Assembly: GCA_027624735.1 (NCBI GenBank)
Contig: JAQBTY010000001.1
Location: 1 to 50,102, forward strand
Direction: 5' to 3'
DNA: 50,102 nt
Source of the DNA: Pseudomonadota bacterium
GTDB lineage: Bacteria > Pseudomonadota > Alphaproteobacteria > MPNO01 > UBA2964
Shown: positions 8,812-19,012 of the stretch, in pieces
How positions within the stretch are numbered: the stretch's first letter is position 1
How the letters are laid out: every line of letters starts with the position of its first letter
Made by a program: the position numbers and the translations under genes
The notes under the pieces: model-generated
Told to the model about the DNA's origin: nothing
The model's input: the letters and a program-made list of their open reading frames with translations, nothing else
Database searches by the model: none

Positions 8812-10539
8812 TCACTGGAGTTGCCAACGGTCGCGAATGGATTTCTGTTCGATTTCACTTAATTTCTCATTGCGCTCGAGATAGTCGGAAAGACCGTCGC
8901 TGGCCTGGCCTGCGCGAGGGCTGTTTTTCCCCTGGATATCATGGGCGTTCTTGTCTGCTCCCGCATCAATCAGCAACTTCATCATCGCCATGTCAGCATT
9001 CTCCGCTGCATACATAAGGGCCGTGCGTCCGATACGTTTGAACGGGCACCTGGAAAATCCTTGCCATTCGCCCGTCCGCAAGTTCGGGTCCGCCCCCGCC
9101 TCTAGGAGCAGGCGGACCGTTTCAGGAAGATTAAACTGGGCAGCGTACATCAGCGCGGTTTTGCCGAAGTAATTTGTCTCGTTCACGGCGGCGCCATGTT
9201 CGAGCAATTGCCGAACCAGCCCGGGATGTTCCAGCGCATAGAACAACGCCGGCTCCATTGGAAAAAAATAGCGCTTATCGGCTCGCGGATTGGCGCCTCT
9301 CGACAGCAAGTCTTTAATGGCTTCGGCCTTGTAGCCTTTTAAAAGGCTAACCCGCAATTCAACGTCGAGCGCAGGGATGTCGCTCGCGGTTCCCAGAAAG
9401 GCGCCAGGCGTGTAGGCGCGGCGCGTTAGCGCAGAGGAAAGTTCCACCAGAGCGTCCGGCGCCATGATTTCCGATTGCGCGCGCGACACGCCAAACTTAT
9501 CCCTATACCAGCGGGCAAGCTCATCCACGCCCTGCCGGCGGGTTTCGACAATCTCCCGGTAAGCGCGGTAATCCCATAGGCTTGAATGCGACCAGCTCTG
9601 CAGAATACCGTCGCCTTCAATCAAATTATTGGCCTTCGGTTGAGTTTGAGCATCCGGCGGAACCGCCGGATTATAAATGATTTGCCACAGCGCCTTCGTG
9701 AACTGGGACCAGTGATGCGCCCCACCCCTGCCGCAGACTCCACTGCTGAACCCGCCCGCTATCGTTGCCCGTGACATGAAGTTGGCAAGCTTCGGGAGTT
9801 CGTCTTGCGGTATCAAGCCTTCCAATTTGTATGGGTTTTTCGCGGGCGAGAGGCGAAATCGACACACCAGTTCGTTCCGATTGTACTTCTCTCCATCGGC
9901 AATTTTGATCCGGTATATATCGATCGGTTCGAGCGGGGAGAACTGGTAATGCCGGGAATGCATATAAAGACCACCCTTGTGCACAAACAACGCATGAGGC
10001 GCATATGATGCCGCGATAGAGGTCCCTGCACCGGACAGATCATTGACGAAGTCTTGATCGGCAATATAAGTGGAATCGGGCATGGCGGCGGATCCCACCA
10101 CAAGCGCCCTGGGTATGGCGTGGACCTCATAGCGGTAGGTGCTAGACAATGTGCGCCTGAAAAGGGCCAATAATTCGGGTTCACCGTCACCGGTGAGTTC
10201 CCAATCGAATACGAAAAGAGTGTGTTCTTTTTCGCCAATGCGAACCTTCGCATATCGGAAATTCGGTGCCTTGAACCCTAGCCAGGAGGATTCCGGCCAC
10301 GACGATTCCGATAGGAGGTCCGGATTACCGTCGGGAGAGGCCGTCCGCCGCTTAATTTCGGCGAGCACAGGGCCGCAGACCGCAGGTTCTTTATTGGTCT
10401 CCACGATGGGTGGAAAGGGGAGCCGCCTGACATCCGACGAAGCCTCTTCGCCCGTGTTCTGTGCGTTTGTGACCGATGAAAATGCCAAGCAAATAGACGC
10501 CGCAGCCAACGCCAAGGTGCAAAGATAGGGTGTTTTCAT
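8812..10539 (-). CDS. secreted ankyrin-repeat protein with large unrecognised N-terminal domain
   Basis: Signal peptide MKTPYLCTLALAAASICLAFSSVTNAQ. C-terminal ankyrin repeats (GKTALMYAAQFNLPETVRLLLEAGADPN; GRTALMYAAENADMAMMKLLIDAGADKNAHD). The gene is visibly lower in GC than its neighbours. Confidence 0.85.
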   Translation of the reverse strand: MKTPYLCTLALAAASICLAFSSVTNAQNTGEEASSDVRRLPFPPIVETNKEPAVCGPVLAEIKRRTASPDGNPDLLSESSWPESSWLGFKAPNFRYAKVRIGEKEHTLFVFDWELTGDGEPELLALFRRTLSSTYRYEVHAIPRALVVGSAAMPDSTYIADQDFVNDLSGAGTSIAASYAPHALFVHKGGLYMHSRHYQFSPLEPIDIYRIKIADGEKYNRNELVCRFRLSPAKNPYKLEGLIPQDELPKLANFMSRATIAGGFSSGVCGRGGAHHWSQFTKALWQIIYNPAVPPDAQTQPKANNLIEGDGILQSWSHSSLWDYRAYREIVETRRQGVDELARWYRDKFGVSRAQSEIMAPDALVELSSALTRRAYTPGAFLGTASDIPALDVELRVSLLKGYKAEAIKDLLSRGANPRADKRYFFPMEPALFYALEHPGLVRQLLEHGAAVNETNYFGKTALMYAAQFNLPETVRLLLEAGADPNLRTGEWQGFSRCPFKRIGRTALMYAAENADMAMMKLLIDAGADKNAHDIQGKNSPRAGQASDGLSDYLERNEKLSEIEQKSIRDRWQLQ

Positions 10540-10744
10540 TGTCTGTCGCCCGGAGATTTGACTAGCATTAGTGGAACCAATTGAAACTATTGCACTACCG
10601 TGAACAATCTGTTGCCGGCATTGTGGCGGTGCGCGGGAGTTCCCGGGTCATCCGCATCCTGACTTGTCGCCGCCCGGCGATTAGCAGGTGCGGGTACCGC
10701 ACGGTGTTTGATAGGATCGGTGAAACCGCGAAAGGGCTCCTGCC

Positions 10745-11914
10745 ATGACCGACACCGCTAATCCCAACCTCCGCTTCGGGGCGTTTCTGGCGCCGTTTCA
10801 TGCGCTCAACGAAAACCCGACCCTGATGTTCGAGCGGGATCTGGAGCTGGTCATGCTGCTCGACCGGCTCGGCTATGACGAAGTGTGGATCGGCGAGCAT
10901 CATTCGGGCGGGTTCGAAACCATCGCCGCGCCGGAGATGGTCATCGCCGCCGCCGCGCGGGAGACCCGCCATATCAAGCTCGGCACCGGTGTCCGGGCGC
11001 TGCCCTATACAAACCCGTTCATGGTCGCCGATGCCATGGTGCAGCTCGATCATATGACACGCGGCCGGGCCATGTTCGGGGTCGGGCCGGGCGCGCTGCC
11101 GTCGGACGCGGCGATGATGGGGATCGACGCGCGCCAGACGCGGCGCATGATGCATGAGGCGCTCGACGTGATCATCCCGCTGCTCGAGGGCGAACGGGTC
11201 ACGGCCAAGACCGACTGGTTCACGCTGGACAGGGCGAAACTGCAGCATGCGTCGTTCACGCGGCCGCGGATGGAGATGACGGTAACCACCGTCCGCTCAC
11301 CATCCGGCGCCATGCTGGCCGGCCGTTACGGGCTTGGGCTCCTGACCTTGGGCGGTTATTCCGACGATGCGCTGGCGGCCTATGCCAAAAACTGGGGGAT
11401 CTACACGGAAACCGCCGCCGCCAACGGCTTCGAGGCCGACCGGCGCAAATTCCGCATCGCCGTGCAGATGCACATTTCAGAAACCCGCGAGCAGGCGCTG
11501 AAGGACATCAGCTTCGGGGTCGAGCAATGGGGCGGCTATGCGCGCGACGTGCTGCCGCTGGGACCGGTGCCAAAGGACGTGACCAATGTCGCGGACTTCA
11601 TCGTGGGGAACCGGCGCGCCCTTGTCGGCACACCGGACGACGCCATCCGCGAGATCGCCCATATGCAGGAAGGCGCGGGCGGGTTCGGCATGGTCATGTT
11701 CATGTGTCACGACTGGGCCGATTGGGCCGCGACCCAGCGCAGCTACGAGCTGTTCGCCCGCCACGTGATGCCCCACTTCCAGGGCCAGTTCGCCGGCCGT
11801 CAAAACAGCTACGACGACGCCGCCACCCGCCAGCCCGAATTCCGCGCCGCCGCCACCGAGGGTATCGCCAAGGCAACCGAAGAGTATGAAGCGAGAGGCA
11901 AGCAGGCGAGTTAG
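10745..11914 (+). CDS. LLM-class (luciferase-like) flavin-dependent oxidoreductase
   Basis: N-terminal RFGAFLAPFH...LDRLGYDEVWIGEHHS is typical of the luciferase-like monooxygenase family. 389 aa. Confidence 0.85.
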   Translation: MTDTANPNLRFGAFLAPFHALNENPTLMFERDLELVMLLDRLGYDEVWIGEHHSGGFETIAAPEMVIAAAARETRHIKLGTGVRALPYTNPFMVADAMVQLDHMTRGRAMFGVGPGALPSDAAMMGIDARQTRRMMHEALDVIIPLLEGERVTAKTDWFTLDRAKLQHASFTRPRMEMTVTTVRSPSGAMLAGRYGLGLLTLGGYSDDALAAYAKNWGIYTETAAANGFEADRRKFRIAVQMHISETREQALKDISFGVEQWGGYARDVLPLGPVPKDVTNVADFIVGNRRALVGTPDDAIREIAHMQEGAGGFGMVMFMCHDWADWAATQRSYELFARHVMPHFQGQFAGRQNSYDDAATRQPEFRAAATEGIAKATEEYEARGKQAS

Positions 11915-11948
11915 GCGGAATCCAAGCGGTTCAAGACATCACATTTGG

Positions 11949-12830
11949 TTACGCCCCAAGCGTCTGCCGGTCCTCTACGCATGGATTTGTTGTCAGATGT
12001 TTCTCGTAGAACGAACCGTCCTTGCACCCTTTTCTAAATTCACGAATGAACCCATATAACTCATCTTTTTCTGGCTCATCCATGATGGTGCTCAGGATCA
12101 TGCCGGTCACATTGCGGCGGCATCTCTCGTCAGATCGGCCACTGCGCCGAACCCAAAAACTTGGGAAGGCCTGAACCGGCGACGATGCATTGCTGACGCT
12201 GATAAACAGGTTGGTGGTAAAGGCATAACCCTGGATGGTTTGCGGAATGGTGTGGGTGTGGATTGAGTCGCCTTGGCCGCCTGCCCAGTATGTGGAAAGG
12301 AACAACAAGTCAACGCCGACATTGGCGTAATCCATGAAAATATCGGGAAACGACGACTCAAGACAGATGGCCACGCCGCACGGCACACCCTTCAACTCGA
12401 ACATGACGGGGGCGATGCCCGGCGTATAATTGTATAAATCGCTTTCCGAACACCGACGCTTGTCATAGCGGCTGACGATGTCGCCTGCATCGTCGAAGAT
12501 ATAGACGCAGTTGGTAGGCCGCTCCGCCGTATCAAAAGAATGGCTCGATCCGACCACGGCCCAGATTTTATTGTCCCGGCAGGCCTGCTGAATTGTTTCG
12601 GTTTGAGCGCGAAGAAGGTACCAATCAAAGCACTGCCAAGCGTTCTTCCAATCCTCTGTTTTGCGGTCCTGATACCCGTAGCCGGCAATCGCCACCTCCG
12701 GGAAATGAGCAACATCGGCACCCCGCTGGGCCGCCAGCCTGATCTGGCGCCGGATATGAGCCGCATTGGACCCGACATCGACATTGACCGGAAACTGACA
12801 GGTTGCAACGGTGAGCCGAGGGAGAGGCAC
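11949..12830 (-). CDS. carbon-nitrogen hydrolase (nitrilase superfamily) protein
   Basis: GTG start at 12830 with AGGAGA 6 nt upstream. Glu-Lys-Cys triad context: AHFPEVAIAGY (Glu), SRYDKRRC (Lys), GVAICLESSFPD (Cys). Visibly lower GC than its neighbours. Confidence 0.85.
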   Translation of the reverse strand: MPLPRLTVATCQFPVNVDVGSNAAHIRRQIRLAAQRGADVAHFPEVAIAGYGYQDRKTEDWKNAWQCFDWYLLRAQTETIQQACRDNKIWAVVGSSHSFDTAERPTNCVYIFDDAGDIVSRYDKRRCSESDLYNYTPGIAPVMFELKGVPCGVAICLESSFPDIFMDYANVGVDLLFLSTYWAGGQGDSIHTHTIPQTIQGYAFTTNLFISVSNASSPVQAFPSFWVRRSGRSDERCRRNVTGMILSTIMDEPEKDELYGFIREFRKGCKDGSFYEKHLTTNPCVEDRQTLGA

Positions 12831-12966
12831 GACATTTCTCCTAATCCAAGGGTACGTTTAACAACAGGATTAGAACATAAAGGGAACAATCAGATCAAGA
12901 ATCAAAGAAGAAGGAGCCTGTAATTTTTTCCATTTATGGCTATGAGCCATCCTATCGGGGCAGTCT

Positions 12967-14193
12967 CTATTCCCCCCGCCCCACATTTCTGCTGCGTTCC
13001 GGCAGGCCGAATTCGCGGTGGCAGATGTCGGCGAGCCTGGCGACGCCGGCGCGGATATCGGCGACGGATGGGTGGCCGAAGCAGAGGCGGAGTTTGTTGC
13101 GTCCGGTAGAGGGATCGGCGCACCATTCGGCGCCGGGGTTGATCGCGACACCGTCGGCCATCGCGGCCTGGAACAGCTTCATGGTGTCGACACTTTCGGG
13201 CAGGGTCACCCAGATAAAGATGCCACCCTTGGGCACCGAAACTTCGGCCGCGGTACCGAACTCGGCGGCCAGGGCGTCGGAAATCGCGTCGCATTTTTCC
13301 TTGAGCACGCCGCGCAGCCGGGACACATGGTCGTCAAAATGTGAAACGCAATAGTCAGCCAGCACCATCTGCTCAAGCGCGCCGGTGCCCGCATCGCGTT
13401 TGGCCGCGATCAGACGCGACAGGATATCCCAGTCGGCGACGAGATAGCCAAGCCGGAGCGCCGGCGCGATGGTCTTGGAGAACGAGCCGCAATAGATCAC
13501 CTGGCCCCGATCATCCAGCGCGCGGATCGATCGCGGCCGCGTGCCGTCGAAGGTCAGCTCGGCATAGCAATCGTCTTCGAATATGGCCACGCCATGGGCA
13601 TAGGCCAGGCGCAACAGCTCCAGCCGGCGGTCTTCGGGCATGACGGACCCGGTGGGGTTCTGCACGGTGGGAACCGTATAAATGAATTTAGGCCTGATCC
13701 CGACCGATTTCAACCGGTCAAGTGTGCCCGATAACGCCTCCATGCGAATACCGTCCTCATCCACCGGCACGCCGATGTAGCGGACGCCGAGCCTGTCATA
13801 GCGCTGCAGCGTGCCCTGATAGGTGGCTTCTTCGACGATCACCATATCGCCCGGCTCAAGCAGCACGTCATTGACCAGATCAAGCGCCTGCAACGAGCCC
13901 GAGACCACCAGCACCTCATCGGCGGTCTGGCGCATGCCGCAGCGCCTTTCAAGCGACGACGCGAGAAATTCGCGCAACGGCCGGTACCCTTGCGGCCCGC
14001 TGGCAAGCCCGTAGGTCGCCAGATTGTGGCCTTCGCGGGCCAGGACGCGCCGCGAAGCCTCGATAAAATCATCCACCGGCACCGCGCCGGAATCGTTATG
14101 GCCGCCGACGAAATTGTACCGGGGAAAGCCGGACCATCGCACCGCCGGCGGCGGTGCGGCGGCGGAAAGCAGGGGCGAATAGTCAAAAGCCAT
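12967..14193 (-). CDS. PLP-dependent aminotransferase (class I/II fold type I)
   Basis: ORF 12967..14268, with ATG at 14193 (MAFDYSPLL). PLP-lysine motif CGSFSKTIAPALRLGYL. Typical LVVSGSLQALDL and NPTG motifs. Confidence 0.85.
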   Translation of the reverse strand: MAFDYSPLLSAAAPPPAVRWSGFPRYNFVGGHNDSGAVPVDDFIEASRRVLAREGHNLATYGLASGPQGYRPLREFLASSLERRCGMRQTADEVLVVSGSLQALDLVNDVLLEPGDMVIVEEATYQGTLQRYDRLGVRYIGVPVDEDGIRMEALSGTLDRLKSVGIRPKFIYTVPTVQNPTGSVMPEDRRLELLRLAYAHGVAIFEDDCYAELTFDGTRPRSIRALDDRGQVIYCGSFSKTIAPALRLGYLVADWDILSRLIAAKRDAGTGALEQMVLADYCVSHFDDHVSRLRGVLKEKCDAISDALAAEFGTAAEVSVPKGGIFIWVTLPESVDTMKLFQAAMADGVAINPGAEWCADPSTGRNKLRLCFGHPSVADIRAGVARLADICHREFGLPERSRNVGRGE

Positions 14194-14315
14194 GCGGTGC
14201 CACCTCGGTAAACGTGACCAATGGCGTGAGCGTAAGCCGCATTGTGCCCGCCGAAAAGGCCCGGTCACCCATTTGGGTTATTGACGCAGACGGCCCCGAT
14301 ACCGGACAGTGCGGC

Positions 14316-15185
14316 ATGAAACGGTTAATCCTGACGGTCCTTCTTTTCGGTCTCGCCTGTCCGGCCTGGGCGCAGTCTCCGTCCCAGCTCCGCGGTCGCC
14401 AGCCGGCGGTCAATCAAGTGTGGGTCCCGGCCCATCGGGGCGACCCAGCCGCGCAATATAGTCTTGGCCTTCTGTACGGGTCGGGCAACGGGATTGCGAA
14501 GAATTTGTTCGAAGCCGCGAAATGGTACCGTCGCGCCGCCGATCAAGGGCACGCCAAGGCCCAGGCTATGCTGGGCGTGCTGTACACTTCCGGCCTGGGC
14601 GTCCCGCAAAGCCATCCGGAAGCGATCAAATGGTGGCGGCGGGCGGCTGACCAAGGTGACGCCGACGCGCGGTTCAATCTGGGCATGGCCTATTGGAAGG
14701 GCGAAGGCGTCACGCAGGATTTCGACAAGGCGAATTCTCTGTTCAGATCCATGGCCCCGGCCGGCAATTCCTATGCGCGTTCCGTCCTCGGCACTCGATC
14801 GGCGCCTCGTTCGTCAAGACGTCCTGAGGAAGCAGCGCCACAATCAAGCCGCATTGATCCGCCTCGGCAGGCACGCTCAGGCCTACCCGACCCCTCGTCG
14901 CCGTCGTCGTTCCCGGCCTATTTGTCGGCGGCGCAGGCCGGCGATGCCAACGCCCAGTCGCAGGTCGGTTACATGTATGCGGTGGGGCTCGGCATCGCAC
15001 GGGATCTGGTCGAAGCACACAGATGGAATAATATAGCGGCGGCCCGCCTGCCCGCCGGCCGGGTCCGTGAATCGGCCATCAGCAACCGCAACGCCGCCGC
15101 CGCGCAGATGTCGCCCGAACAGATATTGAAAGCACAGCGCCTCGCCCGCGACTGGTTGTCTGCGTTCGACAAGCGGCGGCGATAG
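14316..15185 (+). CDS. Sel1-repeat protein, exported
   Basis: Internal ATG at 14316 gives signal peptide MKRLILTVLLFGLACPAWAQS. Three or more Sel1 repeats (AQYSLGLLYGSGNGIAKNLFEAAKWYRRAADQG, etc.). A Pro/Ser-rich linker is followed by further Sel1 repeats. Confidence 0.85.
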   Translation: MKRLILTVLLFGLACPAWAQSPSQLRGRQPAVNQVWVPAHRGDPAAQYSLGLLYGSGNGIAKNLFEAAKWYRRAADQGHAKAQAMLGVLYTSGLGVPQSHPEAIKWWRRAADQGDADARFNLGMAYWKGEGVTQDFDKANSLFRSMAPAGNSYARSVLGTRSAPRSSRRPEEAAPQSSRIDPPRQARSGLPDPSSPSSFPAYLSAAQAGDANAQSQVGYMYAVGLGIARDLVEAHRWNNIAAARLPAGRVRESAISNRNAAAAQMSPEQILKAQRLARDWLSAFDKRRR

Positions 15186-15315
15186 AGTCAGACCCGCCCC
15201 CCCCTTATCGTCATTGCCGGGTACGGCGTAGGAAATCCTCCGCGCCGCGCTGTAGTCACGTGCGCCAAAGGGTGAGATAATCACCCAACAAATAACGTCA
15301 TCAGGGAAGAACATC

Positions 15316-17013
15316 ATGAAACACGCAGTGGACGGCGGCGAGGCAATCGTCGAGGCATTCCGCAAGCTTGAAGTCGACTACATCCTGTCATCGCCGGGTA
15401 CCGAATGGGCCCCTGTCTGGGAGGCCATGGCCAACCAGATCAAGGAGGGCAAGAACGGGCCGCGGCTGCTGGATTGCTGGCACGAAACGCTGGCGGTCGA
15501 TATCGCCGCCGGCTACACGCTGGCGACGGGCCGCATGCAGGGCGTGTTGCTGCATGCCGGGTCGGGTCTGTTACAGGGCGCCATGGGTATTCACGCGGCG
15601 TGGATCGCGAGCGTCCCGATGGTCGTTATATCCGGTGAAACCACCACCTATGGCGAACAGCCGGGTTTCGATCCCGGCGCGCAATGGATCAACAATCTCA
15701 GCATTCCCGGCAGCACCACGCGGCTGGTGGAACCGGTGTGTAAATACGCCTCCCACGCCGGCGGCGCCTTCACAGTTTATGAAAGCGTGATCCGGTCGGG
15801 TGAAATAGCGCAACGCAACCCGAAGGGGCCGACCTATCTAAGCGTCACCACCGAGACGCTGATGGACGAATGGACGCCGCCCGCCAACGGTGGCCGCACC
15901 GTGCCAAGCGCGCCGCGTATCCTGACCGCGCCGGAGGACATCGAAAAACTCGCCGCCCAGATCGCCCGCGCCAAGCACCCGGTGGTGCTCACCGAAGGCG
16001 CCGGGCGCGAGGTGGAAACTTTCGAAGCGCTGGTCGCGCTTTGTGAAGAACTGGCGCTGCCGGTTATCGAGAAGCCCGGCGCCACCTTCGCCAACTTCCC
16101 AAAGGACCATCCGCTGCACCAGGGCCACAATTTCAAGCAATATTGGGATGAGATGGATCTCGCCATCGTGGTACGGGCCCGCGCGCCGTGGTATCCGCCG
16201 AGCGACCGGCCGCCCAATGCCGTCATCGCCATGATCGACGAAAACCCGCACAACGAAGCGATGACCTATCAGAGCCACCAGGCCGATATGTATCTGGAGG
16301 GCAATGTCGCCCAGACGTTGCGCGATCTGGCCACGGCGGTGAAAGCCAAGGGCCTTGATGAAGCTGCCATCGCGACGAGACGCGAAATTCTGACCGCGTC
16401 ACACAATGCGTTGGTCGAGAAGAAAAAGGCGCAACGGACCGAAGCACGGCAGAAGACCCCCATCGATCCTCTGTGGCTCTGTGGCGCGCTGAACAATGTC
16501 ATGCCCGACGGCGTCATCTATATCGACGAGGTCACCACCCATACCGGGCTGCTGCGTCAGCATCTGGACTGGAACCGGCCGCAGAGCCTGTTCACCCGCC
16601 AGGGTGGGCTCGGCCAGGGGCTTGGCCTGTCGCTCGGGATCAAGCTCGCCAAGCCGGACCGCCCGGTTGTCACGCTGATCGGTGACGGCGCTTTCCTTTA
16701 TAATCCGGCGCTGGGGGCGCTGGGGGCGGCGCGCGATTTCAGCCTGCCGACCCTGACGGTCATTTTCAACAACAAGAAATACGCCGCCATGCAGGGCATG
16801 CATCTGCAGATGTATCCAGACGGCACGGCGGTCGATACCGACACTTATCACGGCACCCACATCAACGCGCCGGACTTCGCCAAAATTGCCGAAGCCTTCG
16901 GCGCCTATGGCGAACAGGTGACCGACCCGGAAGATCTCGAAGCCGCCCTTGGACGCGGACTCCAGGCGACCAAGGAAGGCAGGTCGGCAATCCTGGATGT
17001 GATCGTCGGATAA
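15316..17013 (+). CDS. thiamine-pyrophosphate-dependent enzyme (acetolactate synthase/benzoylformate decarboxylase-like)
   Basis: 565 aa. TPP-binding motif GDGAFLYNPALGALGAARDFSLPTLTVIFNNKKY (GDG-X24-27-NN). N-terminal Pyr-domain pattern GGEAIVEAFRKLEVDYI. Confidence 0.9.
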   Translation: MKHAVDGGEAIVEAFRKLEVDYILSSPGTEWAPVWEAMANQIKEGKNGPRLLDCWHETLAVDIAAGYTLATGRMQGVLLHAGSGLLQGAMGIHAAWIASVPMVVISGETTTYGEQPGFDPGAQWINNLSIPGSTTRLVEPVCKYASHAGGAFTVYESVIRSGEIAQRNPKGPTYLSVTTETLMDEWTPPANGGRTVPSAPRILTAPEDIEKLAAQIARAKHPVVLTEGAGREVETFEALVALCEELALPVIEKPGATFANFPKDHPLHQGHNFKQYWDEMDLAIVVRARAPWYPPSDRPPNAVIAMIDENPHNEAMTYQSHQADMYLEGNVAQTLRDLATAVKAKGLDEAAIATRREILTASHNALVEKKKAQRTEARQKTPIDPLWLCGALNNVMPDGVIYIDEVTTHTGLLRQHLDWNRPQSLFTRQGGLGQGLGLSLGIKLAKPDRPVVTLIGDGAFLYNPALGALGAARDFSLPTLTVIFNNKKYAAMQGMHLQMYPDGTAVDTDTYHGTHINAPDFAKIAEAFGAYGEQVTDPEDLEAALGRGLQATKEGRSAILDVIVG

Positions 17014-17030
17014 CGCGCGGCAATCCAGCC

Positions 17031-17837
17031 GTGACGACGGAAGAAACCGACCGGCTGGTCGAGCTGCTGGGCCGGGCGCGGCTTCTGGGGCAACCCCTGG
17101 CCGATGCCGTCCCCTTGCTGGCCACCGCGGACGGCGAAGCGGGCTACGATATTCAAACCCGGATCGCCGTCTGGTTCAGCGCGCATGGTCAGGGCGAACT
17201 GGCGGGCTACAAAATCGGCGCCACCGCAAAGGGCATGCAGGAAGTGCTCGGCGTGCCGGGGCCGGTCTATGGGCATATTCTGTCGGGCAAAATGCTTCAG
17301 TCACCGGCGAAACACGCCTGCAACCCCGACTGCAGGCCGGGCGTCGAATGCGAAATCGCGTTTCGTCTGGGCGACGACCTTCCGCCGTCACCGTCACCCT
17401 TTACGCGCGACCACGTGGCAAGGTGCATCGATGCGGTGATACCGGCGATAGAGATCGTCGAAAACCGCTATGGCGATTTTCGCAATTGCAGTATCGCGTT
17501 GCTCACCGCGGATGATTTTTTTCACAAGGCCTGTGTCCTGGGCGAGCCCGTTCTGGACTGGCGCGGGATCGATCTTCCGGACATTGTTGGGCGGACGTCC
17601 GTCAATGGTGAGTGGGTAGAGACAGGGCGGGGCCGCGACGTGCTCGGTCATCCTCTCGACGCGGTGGTCTGGCTCGCCAACAAGCTGGCCGAACGGGACG
17701 TCTGTCTCAAAGCCGGCCAGATTATCATGACCGGATCGATGACACCGGTTCATTGGATCAACCGCTACCCATCGGAAATTAACATAGAAATCAGTGGGTT
17801 GGGAGACAGTTCGGTCACGCTGACCGGGCCGTCCTGA
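17031..17837 (+). CDS. 2-keto-4-pentenoate hydratase/2-oxohepta-3-ene-1,7-dioate hydratase family (FAH fold) protein
   Basis: GTG start at 17031. The GYKIGATAKGMQE motif and the overall 268-aa length are typical of MhpD/HpcG-type hydratases/decarboxylases. Confidence 0.75.
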   Translation: MTTEETDRLVELLGRARLLGQPLADAVPLLATADGEAGYDIQTRIAVWFSAHGQGELAGYKIGATAKGMQEVLGVPGPVYGHILSGKMLQSPAKHACNPDCRPGVECEIAFRLGDDLPPSPSPFTRDHVARCIDAVIPAIEIVENRYGDFRNCSIALLTADDFFHKACVLGEPVLDWRGIDLPDIVGRTSVNGEWVETGRGRDVLGHPLDAVVWLANKLAERDVCLKAGQIIMTGSMTPVHWINRYPSEINIEISGLGDSSVTLTGPS

Positions 17838-17867
17838 CGGGGACAGGGTATAGGGGAGGTCAATCAC

Positions 17868-18950
17868 ATGGCAACACAGGTGAAACAGGCTGATGACAGG
17901 GTCCTGCACGCACGAACAGGCTGGATGGCGCGGTTTGTCGCCGGCGGCGTGCCCATTTCCGACTTCATTGAGGTCACCAACAGCATCGAACGCTGGGAGG
18001 ATTGGTGCGCCACCTGGTCAGAACGCGCCGCCATTCATGAGGACATCGGCCGTGACGCCCTGAGCCAGGGGTTCGGCAAAAGCGCCGGGTATCATTTGAC
18101 CACGGCAGCGGTCTGTTACCATTTCGGCAAGTTTCTGTTCTGCGAATACCCAGACGAAATGCGCAGCGCCCATATGAAAGCGGTCGAGTGCCGAACGCTG
18201 GCGCTGCCCCATCTGGGTCCGCCCGGCGAACGCATTGAAATTCCGTATGAGGGGAAACATCTGTTCGCCAATCTGCGGCGCCCCACCGGTGTTTTGAGAC
18301 CACCGGTGGTGATCCTGATCCCCGGCATGGATTCCACCAAGGAGGAATTCCACAATTCCGAGCAGCTTTTCCTCGACCGCTGTATGGCGACCCTGTCGCT
18401 CGACGGACCCGGCCAGGGTGAAGCCGAATACGACTTTCCCATCAGGCCCGATTACGAGGTGCCATGCGGTATCGTGATGGACTGGATCGAGGCGCGGGAC
18501 GATCTGGACGGGAAACGGATCGGGCTGTCCGGCGCCAGCATGGGCGGCTATTACGTCCCCCGCGTGGCGGCGCGGGACAAGCGCGTGGTCGCGGGCATCG
18601 CCAATGGTGGGGCGTTCAACGTGCTGAATAATTTCGACCCCAGACCGCAATCGCTGAAAGAGGCCTACCGTCTGCGCACCCATTCGGCGAGCGTCGCCGA
18701 AGCGCGGGAAAAAACCGCCGCCTTCAATCTGGAAGGCGTGGCGCAGGACATCACCTGTCCCCTGTTCATCATCGGCGGCAAGGAAGACCGCATCACCAGC
18801 TACAAGGATGCCGAGCGGCTGGCCAGCGAAGTGTCGGGACCGGTCACCCTGCTATTGATAGAGGGCGCCAACCACGTCGCCCACAACCGCGGCCACATGT
18901 TCAAGACCCAGGCCGCCGACTGGATGGCCGGGCATCTGGGGGTAGGCTGA
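17868..18950 (+). CDS. alpha/beta hydrolase (FrsA / 2,6-dihydroxypseudooxynicotine-hydrolase-like)
   Basis: AGGGGAGG Shine-Dalgarno upstream of the ATG. Nucleophile elbow GLSGASMGGYY (G-x-S-x-G). 360 aa with a helical N-terminal cap region. Confidence 0.8.
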   Translation: MATQVKQADDRVLHARTGWMARFVAGGVPISDFIEVTNSIERWEDWCATWSERAAIHEDIGRDALSQGFGKSAGYHLTTAAVCYHFGKFLFCEYPDEMRSAHMKAVECRTLALPHLGPPGERIEIPYEGKHLFANLRRPTGVLRPPVVILIPGMDSTKEEFHNSEQLFLDRCMATLSLDGPGQGEAEYDFPIRPDYEVPCGIVMDWIEARDDLDGKRIGLSGASMGGYYVPRVAARDKRVVAGIANGGAFNVLNNFDPRPQSLKEAYRLRTHSASVAEAREKTAAFNLEGVAQDITCPLFIIGGKEDRITSYKDAERLASEVSGPVTLLLIEGANHVAHNRGHMFKTQAADWMAGHLGVG

Positions 18951-19012
18951 ACGATTTGCGTTTGAATCTAACTGGCCTTGAGCGTGTCTTGTGCCATAGA
19001 CCCCCTCCCTAA

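Noticed and set aside
8570-12966. Genomic island or mobile element carrying the ankyrin and C-N hydrolase genes
   Set aside because: Lower GC is visible, but I found no integrase, transposase, tRNA attachment site or flanking direct repeats. The two low-GC genes are also separated by a normal-GC LLM oxidoreductase gene.
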